In this document: piece after piece, positions 55,827 through 64,000 of the stretch
Position numbering within the stretch: position 1 is the first letter of the stretch
Layout: each line of letters starts with the position of its first letter
Source: an uncultured Chthonomonadaceae bacterium
GTDB taxonomy: Bacteria > Armatimonadota > Chthonomonadetes > Chthonomonadales > CAJBBX01
Direction: 5' to 3'
DNA: 64,000 bases
NCBI GenBank assembly: GCA_964429855.1
Contig: CAYSDM010000005.1
Location: 12,112 to 76,111 of the forward strand
Notes under the pieces: generated by a model
The model's database searches: none
What the model saw: only the letters and a program-made list of their open reading frames with translations
What the model was told of the DNA's origin: nothing
Position numbers and translations under genes: made by a program

Positions 55827-56579
55827 TCAGTGTGCGCGAAGCAAGCGGCGCTGCTTCTCCTCCTCCCAGTCCAGCCAGTTGTTCTGCGTGAGACGGGGAG
55901 GAGTCATTGCCGGAAGCGCGTGCCGCGCTTCCGGCGTGAGTTCCGACAGCGCGCGTTGACGGAAGTAGTCTTCGCCAAACCGGATGAGAATCGGATGATG
56001 ACTCAGCAGAGCGTCGGACTCCTCTCCCAGGCGACCGATCAGAAAGGTCTGGAAATCCGCAAGGAGGATAAAGGGCATCTCCGATACGCCGCCGGGGTTC
56101 TGGTAGACGCGCACTCGTGCTGGAAGACTCTCCAATGCGACGGATATGGAGACACGATCCAGTACTGACGGGGATGCCGCCAGGAGCAGTTCGGTTTTTG
56201 CATTTTGCATCAGAGAGAGAAGACGCGCAAAGACCAGCTTCTCCCCGCGAATCCAGCCGGATCCGTCGGAACCGACAGGCTGATAAAGAGATGATAGCTC
56301 TGCATGGAGAGAAGAAAAGGCGGAGATGACTCGATTCTGCGCGGTCTGAATCAAAACATCGGGCGGAACCGGAGCATAGCGCGCAGGTTCTCCGGGAATC
56401 AGGGTCGCCGCTCCCTTCTCAACCAGATGCGCGGTAACCTCATACACGCGCGAAAGCGGTACACCGGAGAGCTTTCCCAGTCGGTATGCGGTTGCGGGAT
56501 GATCGCTGAGCATGGCGCGATAGACCCGCGCTTCATATTCTGTCAATCCCAGCAGAGTTATGGAATCCTGTTCGTTCAT
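55827..56579 (-). CDS. TrmB family transcriptional regulator
   Basis: LGLTEYEARVY, SGVPLSRVY and wHTH followed by a sugar-binding-like domain. Confidence 0.85.
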   Translation of the reverse strand: MNEQDSITLLGLTEYEARVYRAMLSDHPATAYRLGKLSGVPLSRVYEVTAHLVEKGAATLIPGEPARYAPVPPDVLIQTAQNRVISAFSSLHAELSSLYQPVGSDGSGWIRGEKLVFARLLSLMQNAKTELLLAASPSVLDRVSISVALESLPARVRVYQNPGGVSEMPFILLADFQTFLIGRLGEESDALLSHHPILIRFGEDYFRQRALSELTPEARHALPAMTPPRLTQNNWLDWEEEKQRRLLRAH

Positions 56580-56795
56580 CTCTATTCACCACCAGAGTGG
56601 TTAATAGTATACGGGAATACTTTCGTATTGTCAAGCGTTTTGGTGAGATGCTACGGCTTGAGTTTGTTTTTGAGGGTAATCAGATCCGGCTGGAGGCAGG
56701 CGCGTAAAACCGGAGAGGAAAATCCGTATTAGATCACGAAAAGACCAAACTGACAGTACCTGTACAGTGCGTTTCATAATTCTTGGAGGGGTAGA

Positions 56796-57635
56796 ATGAT
56801 CGTCCTGTCACACTATCAGGCAAAACCGATGCTGGAGATCCGGCACGGGCGATTGAATGCGCTATTAACCTCTCTTGACCTGGGGCTGACCCAGGCAGAA
56901 GTGAGAATCGCGCCGATCGGGGTCGTATTCCCGGATGGACAGGTGCTTCACTGGGAGAAGATTGAGGAGATATGCCGGAGCGAAAACGCCTGTTTTCTGG
57001 TGGAAGACAGCGACATCATCAAAATACAGACCTTTACAGAGGAGCTTCAGCGGTTTTACAGCCTGATGCCTACTCATCGCGCTCCTACCATGCTCCTCTC
57101 CGGCATTCCCATGCATCGAATCAAGGAAATAGACCCCTATGAGGATACGATGAGAAAATATAAGACCATCTCGCCGATCCTCGGCAGGGTGTTGGACACC
57201 TGTACGGGGCTGGGGTATACCGCCATCGCCGCCGCCAGAACAGCAGAACAGGTCGTTACAGTGGAGCTGGATCCAAATGTCCTCTGGATTGCGCGACGCA
57301 ATCCATGGTCCAGCGCTCTCTTTGATAACCCGAAGATCACGCAACTTCTCGGCGATATGAGCGAACTGATTCAACAGATGGAGAGCGAATCCTTTATGCG
57401 TATTTTTCACGATCCTCCGGCGTTTCGAATTGCGGGAGAACTCTACTCCGGTGAGTTCTATCAGCACCTCTATCGCGTCGTGAAACCGGGTGGCAGGGTC
57501 TTCCACTACATCGGAGATCTGGACAGCACCACCGGTCGGGTGGTCGCGAAGGGCGCTGTGAAAAGGCTGCAGGAGGCGGGCTTTACAATGATTGCCCGGA
57601 AGCAGGAGGCTTTCGGGCTGGTGGCATACAAGTAG
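56796..57635 (+). CDS. SAM-dependent methyltransferase (COG2521-like)
   Basis: VLDTCTGLGYTAI motif I, HDPP motif IV and ELYS.EFY. Confidence 0.8.
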   Translation: MIVLSHYQAKPMLEIRHGRLNALLTSLDLGLTQAEVRIAPIGVVFPDGQVLHWEKIEEICRSENACFLVEDSDIIKIQTFTEELQRFYSLMPTHRAPTMLLSGIPMHRIKEIDPYEDTMRKYKTISPILGRVLDTCTGLGYTAIAAARTAEQVVTVELDPNVLWIARRNPWSSALFDNPKITQLLGDMSELIQQMESESFMRIFHDPPAFRIAGELYSGEFYQHLYRVVKPGGRVFHYIGDLDSTTGRVVAKGAVKRLQEAGFTMIARKQEAFGLVAYK

Positions 57636-57637
57636 TT

Positions 57638-58435
57638 TCAGAGGTTCTGGAGCAGCATTCGCGCGCGCTGTTTCAGGGGCGAAGAGCCGGGCAGATCGAG
57701 GATGGACTGCAGGCGCAATACGACTGTCTTTCGCTCACTTTTGCGATCCAGCCTCTGTGTCTGCTCGATGAACTCCCCGGCGCTCAAGGTGAATGGCAGA
57801 CGCCGGGCGATGGACCGGGCGCGTTCTATCTCCTGGGCGTTGAGACTGGTTCCCGTCGTGCCGGAAGACATCAGGTTCATTCGATCCTGGCGATGCGACA
57901 ACCCCAGCCCGTGTCCCAGTTCATGCGCCACGACACGTGGCAGAGGTTCGTCAATTCCCCCTGGTATTTTCACCAGTTCAGCTCCCTCCTGCACGAAAAT
58001 GGCATCTTGATTCAGGTAGAGACCGTTTATGGTCATAGAGCCGATAAAATAGACATGAAACATCTTTCGTGTTCGGTTGGCAGGCTGGGGAAGCGATGTT
58101 ATTAAGTTCAGAGGGACATCGGAAACGGTTCGGGAAAAGTGGATGTGATACGGCTTCTCCTCGACCACCGATTCCAGCCAGAAGTGAATCCCTGCCTGAT
58201 GCCAGATCGCATTTGACTTTCGCATGATCCGATCCATATCGTCCCGGCTCAGACTGGTATTTATGGCAGGCGCGTTCGTCGTTCGGAACAGATGTATGCG
58301 TATTGGAATGATCTGGAAGGCGTCCGGAGACCTGTCAGGCTCATTTTTCAGAGCGTGTCGGCTCATTCGCCCCGTCAGCAGAAAGCCGGACAGTGTGACC
58401 AGCAAGATCAGCAAGATCTCCAGACTCCTTCGCAT
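57638..58435 (-). CDS. Exported zinc metalloprotease (metzincin-type)
   Basis: N-terminal hydrophobic helix; HELGHGLGLSH (HExxHxxGxxH) and Met-turn NLMS. Confidence 0.8.
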   Translation of the reverse strand: MRRSLEILLILLVTLSGFLLTGRMSRHALKNEPDRSPDAFQIIPIRIHLFRTTNAPAINTSLSRDDMDRIMRKSNAIWHQAGIHFWLESVVEEKPYHIHFSRTVSDVPLNLITSLPQPANRTRKMFHVYFIGSMTINGLYLNQDAIFVQEGAELVKIPGGIDEPLPRVVAHELGHGLGLSHRQDRMNLMSSGTTGTSLNAQEIERARSIARRLPFTLSAGEFIEQTQRLDRKSERKTVVLRLQSILDLPGSSPLKQRARMLLQNL

Positions 58436-58612
58436 TCGCAGCCCCTTATAGAAAAACTACGCCATAGTGTACCCATATCCGGTTATTATCGCAATCTCCT
58501 CTGAAACCGATCTCCCGAATCGAACGTATTCCTCGTGATCTATCTGAAACTTACGTCAAATTGGCGTATCGCGAATCGGGTTTTCCGGTGGTTCCGGGGT
58601 GGGAGGTGAAAC

Positions 58613-58876
58613 ATGGATATTGCTGCCTGGATCGTGGTTGGGTTAATAGCCGGATTTCTGGCAAAAGCTGCAATGAAAGGCAGCGATGGCATTGCGGAAG
58701 GCTGGCTGGCGACGATGTTCCTCGGCATCTTTGGCGCGGTTGTCGGCGGATGGATATGGAATATCGTATTCCATTCGCGCGGCGCGACCGGGATCAATGC
58801 CATCAGCATCTTTGTTGCCTTTGTCGGCTCCTGTGTGGTGATCTCGCTGATACGTCTCTTTCGAACAAGATCGTAA
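58613..58876 (+). CDS. GlsB/YeaQ/YmgE family stress-response membrane protein
   Basis: WIVVGLIAG.LA, LGIFGAVVGG and FVGS pattern; RBS GGAGG. Confidence 0.88.
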   Translation: MDIAAWIVVGLIAGFLAKAAMKGSDGIAEGWLATMFLGIFGAVVGGWIWNIVFHSRGATGINAISIFVAFVGSCVVISLIRLFRTRS

Positions 58877-59041
58877 CAGCCAGCTGAACTCTCTGCGAAG
58901 CGTCTGAAGATAGACTCATCCATGTCTTCAGACGTTTCTATTTGTCTATTCCGCTCACTTCCGCTATACTTATCTCCAATCGCACACTTTCCTCATCTGC
59001 GATCTAGTCCTTCTTCAAGGTGGAAGGTTGCATCGCATGGC

Positions 59042-59125
59042 TGTCATGTCGAGCGCAGCGAGACATCTTAAGATTCTTCGCTTCGCTCTGAATGACAACC
59101 GGGTTGCGCTGCGCTCAGAATGATA
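59042..59125. repeat. REP-like extragenic palindrome
   Basis: TGTCATGTCGAGCGCAGCGAGACATCT followed by AGATTCTTCGCTTCGCTCTGAATGACA (self-complementary), then a partial third copy GCGCTGCGCTCAGAATGA. Confidence 0.65.
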
Positions 59126-59174
59126 TCCATCCAAACTACCTTGACGATCTAAAAGTGTTTATCGGATCAGATAG

Positions 59175-60686
59175 ATGTCTGAAGAATCACTGCCAAAAAC
59201 CGCCTCTGAGCTTTTGACTCCCCTTTCACGCATTCCGCGCTGGTTACGCGGAATCGGCTTCCTGTGCCTGCTTTTTGTTCTCTCGATCCTGGGCGCGGGA
59301 TTCACCGTGACCTATTTTGGATCGCAGACCTATCGCTGGAGAGCTTTCGAAGTGCGTCTCTCCATTCATCCTGCTCTGCGTGGTGAAACCCGTCTTGTAT
59401 TTACGCCGCTCGGAGAGGTTCGCGCCTCCACACATAAGACCCCGATGGCTTTCAATATCAGTCTGCAAAATGTCTCTCTGGATGGCGTGAAAAAGCTCCT
59501 TTTGAAGCCTCCTCCGAAAGAGCAGATTGAGAATGAGTTTCGTATCGAGATGCAACAGGTTGTCGTTCGTTTCTCTATGCGCCTTATGGTAATCGGAGCG
59601 CTTGGCGGTCTGATAGCCCCTCTCTTTCTTCGGGCAAAGCGAGCGCGGTTCTGGCTTCTCGCGCCTCTGTTTGGCGGCGCGTTTGTGGTGGCAATCTTTC
59701 TGATGACGTTGAAAACATTCGATGGGCAGGCATTCAACAATCCGCGCTACACAGGTTCTCTCCAGCAGGCGGACTGGGTGATACAACTGGTTCGGGAGGC
59801 ATTCAACAAAGCCAACACGCTCTCTGACCGACTGCGTAATGTCGCCGCAGACCTCAATCGTCTCTACGGACGCATCAATACTTTTGAGCGTGTCCGTCCT
59901 GACGAAGATGCAATACAGATTCTCCATATCTCCGACATCCATAACAACCCGGCGGCAGTAGACTTTGTGCTGGAACTGGCAGAGCGATTTCAGGTTGAAA
60001 TGGTGATTGATACGGGCGATCTGACCGATTTTGGTTCCCCTCTGGAGACAAGGTTGACCTCTGGACTGGCGCAACTGAAGGTCCCCTATGTCTTCGTAGC
60101 GGGAAATCATGATTCGCTGGCTACGGTAAAAGCTGTTCGGAACGATCTGCGCGGGACAACGCTTCAGGATCAGGTGGTGACAGTGGAGGGAGTACGTCTT
60201 CTGGGGATACCCGATCCGAGTTCCCTGCGTGACGGACCTGGTAATGTAGACTCCTCGCCGGAGAGTATTTCCGCTGCACAGACCCATTTGCAGAAGCTAT
60301 TTGAACAGGCTATTCCTCAGCCGCATATTGTCTGCGTGCATAATCCGCGAATCGCAAGCGCGCTGTTTGGAAAGGCTCGATTGATTCTGTGCGGACATAT
60401 GCATCGAGCATCGCTGGAGATGGAAGAAGGAACTATTCTCTGTAATGCCGGGACGACAGGGGCAGCGGGGGCGCGATACCTCGATCGTGTAGAAGGCGTG
60501 CCATTGACTGCGGCCATCCTGACCCTGTCGCGCACAACGCCGCCAAGTCTATTGACGATTGATATGGTAGAGCTGTCCGGAGACTTCAGCGAGTATACCA
60601 TCACCCGTCGCGCCTTCAACGTTCCACTGGCGCAAGATCAACCCTTGTTGAAGAATACACAACGCCAAATGTCCAATAGTCACTGA
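59175..60686 (+). CDS. Membrane-anchored calcineurin-like metallophosphoesterase
   Basis: N-terminal TM helices; SDIHN, DTGD, GNHD, H and GHMH motifs. Confidence 0.85.
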   Translation: MSEESLPKTASELLTPLSRIPRWLRGIGFLCLLFVLSILGAGFTVTYFGSQTYRWRAFEVRLSIHPALRGETRLVFTPLGEVRASTHKTPMAFNISLQNVSLDGVKKLLLKPPPKEQIENEFRIEMQQVVVRFSMRLMVIGALGGLIAPLFLRAKRARFWLLAPLFGGAFVVAIFLMTLKTFDGQAFNNPRYTGSLQQADWVIQLVREAFNKANTLSDRLRNVAADLNRLYGRINTFERVRPDEDAIQILHISDIHNNPAAVDFVLELAERFQVEMVIDTGDLTDFGSPLETRLTSGLAQLKVPYVFVAGNHDSLATVKAVRNDLRGTTLQDQVVTVEGVRLLGIPDPSSLRDGPGNVDSSPESISAAQTHLQKLFEQAIPQPHIVCVHNPRIASALFGKARLILCGHMHRASLEMEEGTILCNAGTTGAAGARYLDRVEGVPLTAAILTLSRTTPPSLLTIDMVELSGDFSEYTITRRAFNVPLAQDQPLLKNTQRQMSNSH

Positions 60687-60815
60687 ACGGCTAAGGCTCT
60701 GGCTTCGGAATCCGTCAATGAATCCTTCCGGATTACATATCCGGTAGACATACCGGAAGGAATCTCGCTGCTTTCTGCTTAAAAAAAGTGTTGATCCTTC
60801 GATGAAAGCATTCTC

Positions 60816-61928
60816 ATGAGCCAGGGTATCTTCTTCTATACAGACGAATTCCAGCATTATGATATGGGTCCGCAGCATCCCCTCAAGCCAATTCGCCTTA
60901 AACGCGCTTATGATCTTCTGGCTAGTTACGGCGCGCTGGAAGGAGTAGAGGTCAAAGAGCCTGCATTCTGTACGGCGGAGGATATCCTGACCACGCACAC
61001 GCGGGAGTTTATGGATGCCGTCTCCCATCTCAGCTGCGGCGATCCGGTTCCGTATGCGTTGCGTTATGGGTTCGGCACGGGAGATAATCCGGTTTTTCCC
61101 GGCATGTGGGAGGCATCTCTGCTCTATACCGGCGCGTCTGTGGATGCAGCCAGGGCGATCAATTCAGGGCAATATCAGGTCGCCATGAATATCTCTGGCG
61201 GTCTGCATCATGCCCATCGCGCGCGCGCGGCCGGTTTTTGCGTTTTCAACGATTGCGCTATTGCGATTCATCGCCTGCGAGAACATTTCGAAAAGGTCGC
61301 CTATGTGGATATTGATGTCCATCACGGAGACGGGGTACAGGAAGCGTTCTATGATGAATCCTCCGTGTTGACCGTCTCCATCCATGAGACCGGGAGAACG
61401 CTCTTTCCTGGAACCGGATTTGTGCAGGAGATCGGCGAGGGTCTCGGAACGGGCTATAGCCTCAATATTCCGCTCTGGCCCCATACCGACGATGAGATAT
61501 GGCTCTGGGCATGGCGCAAAACCGCAATTCCGATCCTTAAGGCTTTCAATCCTGACGCGATACTCCTTCAGCTTGGAACGGACGCCCACTATCTTGATCC
61601 GCTGGCGCGAATCTGTATGACAGCCCAAGGGTGGCTGGAGGCGGTCAAAGATATACATTCGCTGGGCAAGCCCATCGTTGCCGTTGGCGGCGGAGGATAT
61701 AACCCGACGACGGTTCCGCGCATGTGGGCGTTGGCGTTCGGGGAGCTTTTTGGCATACAACTGCCGGATGAGACGCCGGAGAGTTTCTCCTTCCGACACC
61801 GAATCCCGACCCTGACCGATCATGAGATCCCGCAGATAGATCGGCACGACCGGGAGGTAGCGCAAGCTTACGCCAGCCAGACGGTCGGGGAGGTTCAACG
61901 CCTCCTGTTCCATCACTTTGGTCTTTAA
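60816..61928 (+). CDS. acuC: AcuC-like histone-deacetylase family protein
   Basis: HPLKPIR, GGLHHA, GFCVFND, DIDVHHGDG, GTDAH..DPL and GGGGY. Confidence 0.9.
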   Translation: MSQGIFFYTDEFQHYDMGPQHPLKPIRLKRAYDLLASYGALEGVEVKEPAFCTAEDILTTHTREFMDAVSHLSCGDPVPYALRYGFGTGDNPVFPGMWEASLLYTGASVDAARAINSGQYQVAMNISGGLHHAHRARAAGFCVFNDCAIAIHRLREHFEKVAYVDIDVHHGDGVQEAFYDESSVLTVSIHETGRTLFPGTGFVQEIGEGLGTGYSLNIPLWPHTDDEIWLWAWRKTAIPILKAFNPDAILLQLGTDAHYLDPLARICMTAQGWLEAVKDIHSLGKPIVAVGGGGYNPTTVPRMWALAFGELFGIQLPDETPESFSFRHRIPTLTDHEIPQIDRHDREVAQAYASQTVGEVQRLLFHHFGL

Positions 61929-62004
61929 GCGCAACACTCATCTCTACCGTGTGGTTTTCAGCATTCATTCATGCCTCTAACCCTACAGCTTGTCTTGATT
62001 CTCA

Positions 62005-63927
62005 ATGCAGAAGGAGAACTCTGACTTGTCCTTCTCTTTTCGTAAACTGATCTTCGGATCTCCACTCCGATCTGAGCGCGCAATTCACGAAAAACTACCC
62101 ATCATTCTGGCGCTGCCTATCTTCGCTTCGGATGCGCTCTCCTCCGTCGCTTATGCAACGGAGACCATCCTGAAGCAGTTTCAGAAGCTGCATGTCCGTC
62201 AGGATCAGTTCGGGATTGCAATCGGAATCAGTATGGCGATCGTAACGCTCATCCTGATGGTGGTGATCTCCTATAAACAGGTCATTTACTCCTACCCTCG
62301 CGGGGGTGGCTCCTACATCGTGGCGCGGGAAAACCTGGGGGTCTTTATCGGGCTGGTGGCCGCCTCTGCGCTCCTGGTGGACTATATCCTGACAGTTTCG
62401 GTGAGTATTGCTGACTGCGTGGCGCAGTCGAACTCCGCTTTGATCCAGATCAACTCCGCGTTCAGGGAACTTGAGCACCATAAGGCTCTCCTGAGCGTGA
62501 TGCTGGTTCTGCTCATCACCTATGTGAATCTGCGGGGAGTGCGCGAATCGGGGGCAACCTTTGCAGGTCCCTCCTACGGCTTTATTATTTTAGTCATTCT
62601 TTTGATCGGCGCGGGCTGTTATCGGCTCTGGTTTGGCGGGGGAGCGCTGGAGTCGGTGGCGGCAGAGACCGACCCGAAAGCGGTTACGGGGGTGGACTGG
62701 CTGATTATCGTGCGAGGTTTTGCGTCCGGGTGCGCCGCCTTAACCGGAATAGAGGCGATCTCAAACGGAGTTCCGACCTTTAAACATCCCGAATCTCGAA
62801 ACGCCGTCCTTACGCTGGGAATTCTGGGCGGCTTCCTGGCGTTTATGTTTACCGGGATCACCTACCTCGCGGTTCAGTTCAAGATCGGACCGAGTGAGAC
62901 GGAGACGGTTATCTCACAGATTGCCCGCGCCTCCTTCGGAACCTCGATGCCCGGCGGCATTCTGTACTATGGCGTTCTCATCTTCACCTCCGCCATTCTG
63001 TTTCTGGCGGCGAACACTGCCTACTCCAGCTATCCCCGACTCTGTTCCCTGCTGGCGGAAGACGGCTATCTGCCTCGACAGCTTACCTCCATCGGCGACC
63101 GGCTCTCCTATAATAACGGGATTCTGGTGCTGGCATTCTGCTCCATTCTGTTCCTTTTGGTGTTTCAGGGAGAGGCGCACGCCCTGATCCCGCTCTATAC
63201 AATCGGCGTGTTTATTGCGTTTACCACCGCTCAGTTGGGCATGGTTAAACGCTCCTGGCACATGACGCCCCGTCCCTGGATCGGACTGATTATCAATCTG
63301 ATCGGCGGATTGATAACATTGGCAGTTCTCTTTGTGGTCGGTTCCAGCAAGTTCATCGCCTTCGAACAGCCTCCCCTATTCGGGACAACATGGTTCTATG
63401 AAGGCGCGTGGATGGCGATAACGCTGATGGCGATCATCGTCTGGGTTTTCTACGCGATTCACAGACACTATCAGAATGTGGATCGGCAGCTTGCCGTCAT
63501 TCCGCCGGATGCCATGAAGCCGTTTCGTCACACCGTTGTGGTGCTTGTGCCCTCGCGCATTCATCGCGGGATCCTCATGGCGCTCAACTATGCCCGCTCC
63601 ATCTCCCCGGATGCGGTGGCGGTACATATCGCCTTTGATCGTTCACGCGAACAGAACCTTCGCGATCAGTGGGAGGCGCATGGCGGCGATACGCCGCTGA
63701 TTATTCTCGATTCTCCCTATCGGACTCTGGTCGGTCCGCTGATGCAGTATCTGGATGCAGCGGAGAAGGTGCGTTCGGATGACATTATCACGGTTGTTTT
63801 GCCGGAGTTCGTGCCTGCGCGCTGGTGGCATACTCTGCTGCATAACGCCTCCGGCTGGCTGCTGCGCATTCGACTGCACTATCGGAAGGATATCGTCGTT
63901 GTGAGTGTTCGCTACTATCTGGACTGA
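62005..63927 (+). CDS. APC-superfamily transporter, KimA/YdaO-like K+/H+ symporter
   Basis: DALSSVAY, YP.GGGSY, ALTGIEAISNG, LIPLYTIGVF and a C-terminal cytoplasmic domain with PEF...WWH..LHN. Confidence 0.85.
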   Translation: MQKENSDLSFSFRKLIFGSPLRSERAIHEKLPIILALPIFASDALSSVAYATETILKQFQKLHVRQDQFGIAIGISMAIVTLILMVVISYKQVIYSYPRGGGSYIVARENLGVFIGLVAASALLVDYILTVSVSIADCVAQSNSALIQINSAFRELEHHKALLSVMLVLLITYVNLRGVRESGATFAGPSYGFIILVILLIGAGCYRLWFGGGALESVAAETDPKAVTGVDWLIIVRGFASGCAALTGIEAISNGVPTFKHPESRNAVLTLGILGGFLAFMFTGITYLAVQFKIGPSETETVISQIARASFGTSMPGGILYYGVLIFTSAILFLAANTAYSSYPRLCSLLAEDGYLPRQLTSIGDRLSYNNGILVLAFCSILFLLVFQGEAHALIPLYTIGVFIAFTTAQLGMVKRSWHMTPRPWIGLIINLIGGLITLAVLFVVGSSKFIAFEQPPLFGTTWFYEGAWMAITLMAIIVWVFYAIHRHYQNVDRQLAVIPPDAMKPFRHTVVVLVPSRIHRGILMALNYARSISPDAVAVHIAFDRSREQNLRDQWEAHGGDTPLIILDSPYRTLVGPLMQYLDAAEKVRSDDIITVVLPEFVPARWWHTLLHNASGWLLRIRLHYRKDIVVVSVRYYLD

Positions 63928-63947
63928 TTCCTGAGCGAAATGAACAG

Positions 63948-63982
63948 AAAAATCGGTGTCTGCCGGAAGGACACCGATTTTT
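63948..63982 (+). terminator. Intrinsic (bidirectional) terminator
   Basis: AAAAATCGGTGTC / GACACCGATTTTT 13-bp stem with A and T tails. Confidence 0.8.
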
Positions 63983-64000
63983 CATGTCTGGTTTAACCCT

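Overview
Bacterial chromosomal segment of moderately high GC. The gene repertoire loosely suggests Armatimonadota, but this is a low-confidence inference. Most of the window (20.2-64 kb) is housekeeping or accessory metabolism: mutY, NUDIX, tldD, an ECF sigma/anti-sigma/HtrA-like/Spy-like module, gyrA, four tRNAs (Pro-GGG, Ser-CGA, Phe-GAA, Ser-TGA), an Ogg-like glycosylase, cysS, hisC-aroF, a Wzx-type polysaccharide locus, pruA, ahcY, an AcuC/HDAC and a KimA-like transporter. The standout is an ~18.7 kb minus-strand operon (1199-19903) downstream of tRNA-Pro. It encodes five large (~745-855 aa) paralogous proteins of unknown function, each with a shared N-terminal core plus four ~95-aa beta-rich repeats. 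It also encodes a sixth core-only paralog, a seventh divergent relative, a eukaryote/Tle5-like phospholipase D, and a translationally coupled class II terpene cyclase-like + DMATS-like prenyltransferase fusion. None has an obvious signal peptide, and I recognise no known secretion, phage or defence system in it. No CRISPR array, integrase or transposase was seen. All family assignments come from motif recognition by eye; no database searches were run.
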